A stretch of 64,000 nucleotides of DNA from Candidatus Woesearchaeota archaeon (GTDB lineage Archaea; Nanobdellota; Nanobdellia; Woesearchaeales; ARS49). The translations under genes and the position numbers were made by a program. Shown one piece after another: positions 58,014 through 64,000 of this stretch. How positions within the stretch are numbered: the stretch's first letter is position 1; each line of letters opens with the position of its first letter. The notes beneath the pieces are model-generated. The model did no database searches, was not told the origin of the DNA, and saw nothing but the letters and a program-made list of their open reading frames with translations. Where the stretch lies: positions 65,834-129,833 of the forward strand of contig JAWADY010000003.1 of assembly GCA_038891615.1 (NCBI GenBank), given 5' to 3'.

Positions 58014-58349
58014 ATGCTTGTGAAAATTTTGATTTCATTGTCAGTTCTTTCAATTCTTTTCCTAGCTGCTTGTTCTGGCTCGCGAGAGGTTTCACAACAC
58101 CCTCAAGAAAGGGCTATCAATGAGCCTCTCAAAGCAAAAATCACCGTTGAAAGCTGTTCTGATTCCGATGGAGGAAAAGAGCCTAGTGTGCAAGGCTTGG
58201 TAAGGGCAACGCTTGCAGATGGAACATCTCTTGAGGCAAAAGATGAGTGCTTGCTGGGTCTTTTAGTTGAGAACTACTGTGATGGCAGCAAGCCTGCAAA
58301 TGTTAACATCAGATGTCAGAATAATTGCAGCAATGGGAGATGCCTTTAA
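58014..58349 (+). CDS. Small Cys-rich secreted lipoprotein.
   Basis: Signal peptide with LAAC lipobox, then 9 Cys in about 90 residues. Confidence 0.4.
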   Translation: MLVKILISLSVLSILFLAACSGSREVSQHPQERAINEPLKAKITVESCSDSDGGKEPSVQGLVRATLADGTSLEAKDECLLGLLVENYCDGSKPANVNIRCQNNCSNGRCL

Positions 58350-58440
58350 AGCCTTGAATAAGTTTTTGGCTTTTTCTTGAGAAGTGCTTTCTCGTCATGA
58401 AAGCTATAAACCCAGCAAGCAGATGAATGCCTACACTAGC

Positions 58441-59202
58441 TCAAACCAGAAACCTCTTGAGTGCTTCTTCTTCCACGAAGTGAAGTTTTGATGGCACGAT
58501 GAGACAATGTGGCGGTTTTCCAAAATCTTGTTTTAAAAGTTCCTTTGCCTTACCGACTTTGATCTTCTGGTCCTCGCTTCCAAGCCTGCTACAGCCAATG
58601 CAGAGAGTGTCTGCAGTAAAGACCTTTTCATTTCTCAAGAGCTCAATCTTTTGCAAAAGGGCTATTGCATCAGCAATTGTCACAAAACGATTTTCATCTG
58701 GCTTGAGGTCGAGAAGGAAAAGTGTGTGCGCTGAAATGGACTGGTTTTGCTTTAATATCTCGTAAGGCGTTTCTGGCAAATATCCCTTTTCTGGAAATGG
58801 AATGCTTGCTGTTTTCCCAAACTTGTAAAGCTGAAGGCCGGTTTCTGCAACTGCTGTAAACACAGAAGCGCTATGGATAACCTTTACTTCTATTCCTTGT
58901 TTTAGTGCTCTGAGCACAAGGTCTATGTGCGTTGTTGCCGCGAAAGGGTCTCCAACAACAAGGAGTGCATTGTTGGCATCTTTTGCGCCCTTAAAAAGGC
59001 TTTCTTCAGGCTTTTGCTCAACAAGTTCGCGGCTTGCAAGTTGAATTTTCTTTCCAATTAGCTTTTCAAGAGCTGAAAGTTCAAAAAGCAGCGGGCTTGT
59101 GTAGGCATCAAGCCAGATTTTGTTGCTGTTCCTTGCAGCGTCAAGACCTTTTAGGCTTATGTCATCTTTTCCAAGGCCAATGCCTATCAGATAAAGCACC
59201 AT
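58441..59202 (-). CDS. dphB: Diphthine synthase (Dph5/DphB).
   Basis: MVLYLIGIGLG...VVGDPFAATTH...GDPPHCLIVPSKLH match the archaeal diphthine synthase. Confidence 0.75.
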   Translation of the reverse strand: MVLYLIGIGLGKDDISLKGLDAARNSNKIWLDAYTSPLLFELSALEKLIGKKIQLASRELVEQKPEESLFKGAKDANNALLVVGDPFAATTHIDLVLRALKQGIEVKVIHSASVFTAVAETGLQLYKFGKTASIPFPEKGYLPETPYEILKQNQSISAHTLFLLDLKPDENRFVTIADAIALLQKIELLRNEKVFTADTLCIGCSRLGSEDQKIKVGKAKELLKQDFGKPPHCLIVPSKLHFVEEEALKRFLV

Positions 59203-59381
59203 TTAGAAAAGGGTGGCTGGCTTGCTTAAAAAATTTTGCTGGAAGGTTGTTAAAAATAAAAAAGAAAACCCCTCCTAAGTGGAGGGGCACTTTCCTCGCC
59301 TTCATTAAAATTTTGGGGGTGGTAATGAAGGCAAGAGAACACACCTCTCTTTTGACCAAAGGGGGTGAGTATTACCTCATT

Positions 59382-60428
59382 TTAGTGAATAAGCTCTATG
59401 CCGAGCTCTTCTCCAATTACTTTGCTAGCTGATGCTTTTGCGCTATATTCCTTGCCAACAATCCATGGGCTCTTAACGCCTGTTATTATTGTCATAACCA
59501 TAATCTTTCCTTTCATGCTCTCGTCGACCCTTGCTCCCCAGATTACATTTGCGTCTTCGTCAAGGCTTTGTGTGACAAGCTCTCCAACCTTGTTAATCTC
59601 CTCTAGCGTCATGTCAGGCCCACCAACAACATGTATGAGAGCTCCTGTCGCGCCTTCATAATTTATTTCAAGCAATGGGTTCTCAAGTGCTCCCTTAACT
59701 GCTTCCTCAACCCTGTTTGTTGTGTCTGAGGTTCCAACCCCGATTGCTGCAACTCCACCATTTGTCATTATTGCTCTCACATCAGCAAAGTCTAGATTCA
59801 CAAGCGAAGGTATTGCTATTGTCTCGACAATTCCCTTTATCATTGTCGCGATAAGCTCGTTTGCAACAGCAAAGGCTTGTTGAATTGGCAGGTTTCCAGC
59901 TATCTGAACAAGTCTATTGTTGTCGATAACTATGACTGTGTCTGAAACCTTTCTCAGCTGCTCAAGCCCAAACTCTGCTTTGTCGACCCTTGCGCGTTCA
60001 ATTTTGAATGGCATTGTGACAGTTCCAATAACTATGGCACCCATGTCCTTTGCAAGTTGTGCAATGATAGGTGCAGAACCAGTTCCAGTGCCACCTCCTT
60101 CTCCTGCGCAGACAAAAACCATGTCAGCATCCTTCAGAGCGGCCTTCAGGTCGTTCAGGCTTTCTTGGGCAGCGTCAGCGCCTTTTTGCGGAAAGCCTCC
60201 TGCGCCTAGTCCTTTTGTTACATCTTTTCCAATTAGTATTTTTTTATCAGCCTCTGATATTTTTAGGTGCTGAAGGTCTGTGTTACAGGCAATTATTTCG
60301 GCTCCTTTTATGCCACGCTTGTACAACCAGGTGACCATATTATTGCCAGCCCCACCTGTGCCAACAATTTTTATGCTTGCAGGCTTTACCTCTATTTCGT
60401 TTATTGTAACATCTTTTGACCCATCCAT
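59382..60428 (-). CDS. ftsZ: Cell division GTPase FtsZ.
   Basis: GTGGAGNN and GGGTGTGSAPIIAQLAK tubulin signature. GGGGGA Shine-Dalgarno 7 nt upstream. Confidence 0.9.
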   Translation of the reverse strand: MDGSKDVTINEIEVKPASIKIVGTGGAGNNMVTWLYKRGIKGAEIIACNTDLQHLKISEADKKILIGKDVTKGLGAGGFPQKGADAAQESLNDLKAALKDADMVFVCAGEGGGTGTGSAPIIAQLAKDMGAIVIGTVTMPFKIERARVDKAEFGLEQLRKVSDTVIVIDNNRLVQIAGNLPIQQAFAVANELIATMIKGIVETIAIPSLVNLDFADVRAIMTNGGVAAIGVGTSDTTNRVEEAVKGALENPLLEINYEGATGALIHVVGGPDMTLEEINKVGELVTQSLDEDANVIWGARVDESMKGKIMVMTIITGVKSPWIVGKEYSAKASASKVIGEELGIELIH

Positions 60429-60713
60429 TTTTTCATCCCCCTTTTACCCCGTTTTTATTAAGCCCCCGCCGAAAAGTTTAAATAGTGGAAGCTTTTTCTT
60501 AGCCTTAGAAGAAAAAGCCGTTAAAACTGCGCCAACAGTTTTAATGCTTAGAAAATAAGTCTAACTATCCAAACGCCAAATACACGCCAAACATTTTAAC
60601 ACGAGTTCGCCAAAACTCGGTGTTAAATTAATTCTTTTATTTAATTAGAAACTATTTATAAGCATTTTTATTCTCTATTGTCTATTTTGAAGAATATATT
60701 TTCTTTTACCAAA

Positions 60714-61337
60714 TCATCTTTTGAACTTCTCTAAGAACTTTTTTGCCTTTACGAGGGCTTGCTTCACATATTCTGAATATTCTCCAGTTATTTCAGCCTC
60801 GCTTCTTGCGGTGTTCCCCCACTTTTCAAAATAGGTAAGTTTCTCAATGCTGTATTTTGCTGGTTGGCTTGGGCTTTCATCAGGATAACCAAGGGTCAGT
60901 ACAGCATATGGAATAGCATTCTCAGGCATCGAAACAGCCTTTTTTAGCATTTTTTCGTCAAATGCTCCAACCCAACACATTCCAAGTTCAAGTGCGGTTG
61001 CCGCAATAAACATGTTTTCTGCAGCAGCAGCACAGTCCTGAATGATGTAAAGCTGTTCCCCTCTTTCTGAATAAAACCTTCCAACTTTCTTTGGTTCACC
61101 ACAAACGATTATGTGGACAGGAGCTGCGGCCATCCACCATTGCTGCGAACAAGCTTCTGCAATTTCCCTCCGTTTGTCAGGATCAAGCACAATGATGAAC
61201 TTCCAAGCTTGTAGGTTGCCTGCACAAGGAGCTAGGCTTCCTGCCTCAAGAATCTTTGACAGCTTATCCCATTCAACAGGTATAGAAAGATACTTTCTGA
61301 TAGAACGCCTCTTTTTTATTGCCTCAAGCGCGTCCAT
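60714..61337 (-). CDS. Nitroreductase-family flavoprotein.
   Basis: AIKKRRSIRKY...AGSLAPCAGNLQAW pattern. Confidence 0.65.
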   Translation of the reverse strand: MDALEAIKKRRSIRKYLSIPVEWDKLSKILEAGSLAPCAGNLQAWKFIIVLDPDKRREIAEACSQQWWMAAAPVHIIVCGEPKKVGRFYSERGEQLYIIQDCAAAAENMFIAATALELGMCWVGAFDEKMLKKAVSMPENAIPYAVLTLGYPDESPSQPAKYSIEKLTYFEKWGNTARSEAEITGEYSEYVKQALVKAKKFLEKFKR

Positions 61338-61448
61338 ATGAAAGCAAAAAAGAAAGCAATATTTAAAGCTATCTCGTTTAATATAGCGTGAAATAGAGAA
61401 ATGCTTTTATATTAGTATTAGAGATGAGCATTCAAAGGGTGGGATTGA

Positions 61449-61898
61449 ATGGGACAGTTGGATTCTATTCTAAATCAAGTAATTGAGAACTCTAACAAAT
61501 ATGTTGTCATTGGAATATCATCAAAAATTAATTCTTTGTACACGGCAGTAATCAAAGAAAATTTTAAGGCTGCAAAAGAGGTTTATGAAGAGCTTAAGTC
61601 TCAGCGCATTTATGACATTGTTTGCTTGCTCGAGCCTAAACTTTCATCAGTATTTTCTTCTAAAATAAAAGCGTATGGCCCGCTTTTTAGAAATACCTTT
61701 GTTGATGAGTTTAGAGCGCTCTCAAGTGCCCAAGAAAAGCTGTACATAGAGCAATTAGAAGTTGGTAATCCTTCCCAGCTCCAAGCAATAAAAGCAATCG
61801 AACAGTTTTTAAAGCGACCGTGGGAGCCTAAAAAAACTATAAACTACAAATCCTCTATAAGCGCCTATCAAAGGCCACTTTTTGCACACTCTGGATGA
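61449..61898 (+). CDS. Hypothetical protein (149 aa).
   Basis: ORF only. Confidence 0.3.
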   Translation: MGQLDSILNQVIENSNKYVVIGISSKINSLYTAVIKENFKAAKEVYEELKSQRIYDIVCLLEPKLSSVFSSKIKAYGPLFRNTFVDEFRALSSAQEKLYIEQLEVGNPSQLQAIKAIEQFLKRPWEPKKTINYKSSISAYQRPLFAHSG

Positions 61899-61982
61899 GC
61901 AATAAAACTTAATGCTGTTTTCAAAAGGTACAATTGGCTCTTCTTCTGACTTCTCAAAATTTGGTTATTAGAAACTATGAAA

Positions 61983-62055
61983 CGCCCCCGCGAGGATTTG
62001 AACCCCGGTCTCAGGCTCCGCAAGCCCGCATACTATCCAACTATACTACGGGGGC
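61983..62055 (-). tRNA. tRNA-Arg (anticodon GCG), intronless.
   Basis: 73 nt. Acceptor GCCCCCG/CGGGGGC, anticodon loop UUGCGGA, T-arm CGGGG-TTCAAAT-CCTCG. Confidence 0.65.
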
Positions 62056-62106
62056 ATGTTAATAATTTCCATTCACTGGCTTTTTTAAATGTTTTCGGCA
62101 TTTTAT

Positions 62107-62367
62107 TTAGCACTCCTTTGTGCACTCTGATTCGCAGCTTGGAAGCGTTGAATTGCAAATAGCCTCGATGAGGTCTTCAAACATAACCAGTTGCTCATCA
62201 AAAAGCACTGGCTCTTTAAGCTTAACGCTCTCGCCTTCGAGCTCAAGGGTAGCGCTCTTTGTAGTACCACCCCTTACCGAAGGTTTTAAAAGAATGTTTT
62301 CGCCCACCAAAACAATTGCTTCTGCAAGCACAAAGTTGACTGCGACAAAAGTTGTTTCTCCTTGCAC
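62107..62367 (-). CDS. Small TRAM-domain-like protein (tentative).
   Basis: ...VGENILLKPSVRGGTTKSATLELEGESVKLKE... resembles the TRAM beta-barrel. GTG start as called by the track. Start uncertain. Confidence 0.35.
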   Translation of the reverse strand: MQGETTFVAVNFVLAEAIVLVGENILLKPSVRGGTTKSATLELEGESVKLKEPVLFDEQLVMFEDLIEAICNSTLPSCESECTKEC

Positions 62368-62816
62368 CGGCTCAAAATCACCAAAAATATTGCCTTGAAC
62401 TTGGAATATGAAAACTTTTTAGAGTTCCATTAATCAGAATGTTTCTACTTTCCTTAACTTCCAACCTTATGTTGTCATAATTTGTAGGGCTAAGAGGTGA
62501 TTGTGACAATTGAAAGAATATTCCTTGCCTTAGCAAGGTCAAATATGTGCCTTCCTTCAAACACCTTTTGCCATTCTCCTTTTTTATTCCCTACTCAAAC
62601 CCGCTCTATTGTCAGATTTAAGCTAGAGATAAAACTAGCATTTATTTGACTGTCCCTTATTGCCAGCGCAAAACTCCAATTTGTCTTTGGAAAGGTGATT
62701 TTTTGTTGATGTTTTCATAAAACAGAGATTGGTTTTCCAAAGGCTTTGGCATATAGCTGAGAAGAAACAAAGATATGCTTAAAGTCAAAAGCAGTAGCGC
62801 TCTTTTCATCTTCGAT

Positions 62817-62943
62817 GGCCCTGGTGAGATTTGAACTCACGACCTCTCGATTTATGAAATTCGCAGTTCGCTCATTGCACTTACGCATTGGCTGAACTGG
62901 AATTTATCAGTCGAGTGCACCAACCAGGCTATGCTACAGGGCC
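62817..62943 (-). tRNA. tRNA with a 53-nt intron at the canonical 37/38 site. Anticodon GAU (Ile) as read.
   Basis: Acceptor GGCCCTG/CAGGGCC. D-arm GCAT...GTGC. Anticodon stem CTCGA/TCGAG enclosing CUGAUA-[53 nt]-A. T-arm GTGAG-TTCAAAT-CTCAC. Confidence 0.55.
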
Positions 62944-62990
62944 ATCTGTTTGTAAAAAGCAACCTTTTATAAAATTATCTGGAGCATGAA

Positions 62991-63062
62991 CGCCCCTGGC
63001 CAGAATCGAACTGGCGACCTTGCGGTTAACAGCCGCACGCTCCACCGCTAAGCTACAGGGGC
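62991..63062 (-). tRNA. tRNA-Asn (anticodon GUU), intronless.
   Basis: Acceptor GCCCCTG/CAGGGGC. D-arm GCTT-AGCGGTG-GAGC. Anticodon loop CUGUUAA. T-arm GCCAG-TTCGATT-CTGGC. Confidence 0.75.
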
Positions 63063-63075
63063 TTAGGGGGATAAC

Positions 63076-63094
63076 TTTTTATATTCTTTAAAAA
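63076..63094. promoter_or_regulatory. Back-to-back A/T boxes between tRNA-Asn and the Dph2 fragment.
   Basis: TTTTTATAT is 22 nt upstream of the ATG at 63106. TTTAAAAA is 25 nt from the tRNA 5' end on the other strand. Confidence 0.35.
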
Positions 63095-63105
63095 CATTTC
63101 TCTGC

Positions 63106-63438
63106 ATGGACATAAGATATGAACTTGAGCTTGAAAGGGCAGTTGAGGAGATAAAGAAGAGTGATGCAAGATTAGTATGCATACAGCTTCCTGATGGCTT
63201 AAAGCCAATTGCGAGCGAGATAGCAAAAAGACTTGAAAAAGAAACAGGTGCAAAAATCCTAATTTGGCTTGGAAGCTGTTTTGGTGCTTGTGATACACCA
63301 ATTGCTCCTGTTGCTTCTTCTGGAGTGGACCTTCTTATACAGTGGGGCCACAGTCCTTGGGTTCACGCAAGTTGCCAAAAAGGACTTGAAGAGTGGCAAA
63401 GAAAGGGCATACCAGGCATTGCCAAGTTAAAGAGTTGA
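63106..63438 (+). CDS. N-terminal fragment (110 aa) of diphthamide synthesis radical-SAM enzyme Dph2. Possibly a pseudogene.
   Basis: YELELERAVEEIKKSDARLVCIQLPDGLKPIASEIA...GSCFGACD...DLLIQWGHS aligns with the first about 100 aa of archaeal Dph2 (about 340 aa). The ORF stops and is followed by an unrelated membrane protein. Confidence 0.55.
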   Translation: MDIRYELELERAVEEIKKSDARLVCIQLPDGLKPIASEIAKRLEKETGAKILIWLGSCFGACDTPIAPVASSGVDLLIQWGHSPWVHASCQKGLEEWQRKGIPGIAKLKS

Positions 63439-63452
63439 TTTAAGGAAAAGGA

Positions 63453-63869
63453 TTGAGAATGACAAGTTCAGGCTTGCTTGTTCACATCATATTGTCAGTA
63501 CTTGCATTATCTGGAATTTTTACAGGATACTTACTTGGAAGCCTAACGCGCGAGGAATTGCCTTCTGGGCAAAGATACTTTAAGTTGCTTCAATCCTTTC
63601 TCCTTGCAACAATTCTGTTCATTTTACTAAAAAGCTCTGGACTAGCTTGGATTGCATCAGTAGCAAGTGCAGCTGCATTACTTTTACTTTCAATTTTCTT
63701 TGTTTTGCCACTGTCAGCTGTTTATGCCTTCTTCATTATTGCGCTTTATACAGCTTACAAGCTTGGAATTTTTTTAGAGCTTGTGTTCCTTACCTTCCTT
63801 TATGGTTTACCGGCAGGAAGCCTCCTTTTTTTGCAAAAAGGTAAAAAACTTTTGAAAAGTTTTAAATAG
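63453..63869 (+). CDS. 4-TM membrane protein (hypothetical).
   Basis: 138 aa, hydrophobic helices. Confidence 0.4.
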   Translation: MRMTSSGLLVHIILSVLALSGIFTGYLLGSLTREELPSGQRYFKLLQSFLLATILFILLKSSGLAWIASVASAAALLLLSIFFVLPLSAVYAFFIIALYTAYKLGIFLELVFLTFLYGLPAGSLLFLQKGKKLLKSFK

Positions 63870-63902
63870 TGTTACACAAACAACCTACTAAAAAGAGGTT
63901 GT

Positions 63903-64000
63903 ATGGCTCTAGGAATTTACGATTGGATTTATGGAATAGCGCAGCTGGCTGCAGCATTTCTCGCAATTGTTTCTGGTTTTCTAGCCTTGAGCATGCTTAA
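63903..64000 (+). CDS. Start of a membrane protein. The gene runs off the window end.
   Basis: ATG at 63903, MALGIYDWIYGIAQLAAAFLAIVSGFLALSML. Open to the window end. Confidence 0.3.
   Translation, partial: MALGIYDWIYGIAQLAAAFLAIVSGFLALSML

Noticed and set aside
61977-62162. 61-aa plus-strand ORF.
   Set aside because: Overlaps the tRNA-Arg gene on the opposite strand. Low-complexity.

Overview
This window looks archaeal: it carries an AglB/STT3 oligosaccharyltransferase, TFS, aEF-1beta, ABCE1, Trm1, Dph2/Dph5, an archaeal-type 5S rRNA, S13e-type S15, FtsZ and Dpo4, and several genes sit 22-25 nt from a TATA box (leaderless). GC content is moderate to low, which fits an uncultured DPANN-like lineage. 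Positions 1-30 kb are a large cell-surface/protein glycosylation island. It opens with two secreted Ig/CarboxypepD-like surface proteins and a geranylgeranyl reductase. It continues with aglB, about nine GT2/GT4/CgeB-like glycosyltransferases, two extra GT-C-fold membrane enzymes, a MOP-family flippase, two SAM methyltransferases plus a frameshifted third, three NAD-dependent sugar epimerase/dehydratases and a UDP-glucose 6-dehydrogenase. It ends next to a free-standing 5S rRNA gene. Positions 30-64 kb are mostly information-processing and housekeeping genes: SecDF, ABCE1, NucS, TFS, signal peptidase I, RtcA, the COG2888 zinc ribbon with aEF-1beta, Trm1, an XPD-like helicase, S15, Dpo4, Dph5 and FtsZ. 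They are interleaved with uncharacterised membrane or secreted proteins and six tRNA genes. The most unusual signals are intron-bearing tRNAs: two tRNA-Gln isoacceptors carry about 30 nt insertions in the D-loop and show compensatory D-stem covariation. Others are palindromic TTTATAAA boxes placed symmetrically between divergent leaderless genes, an N-terminal Dph2 fragment a few kb from an intact Dph5, an epimerase with no canonical start in frame directly after the stop of the upstream glycosyltransferase, and a membrane-anchored winged-helix protein. No CRISPR array, transposase or integrase was recognised.
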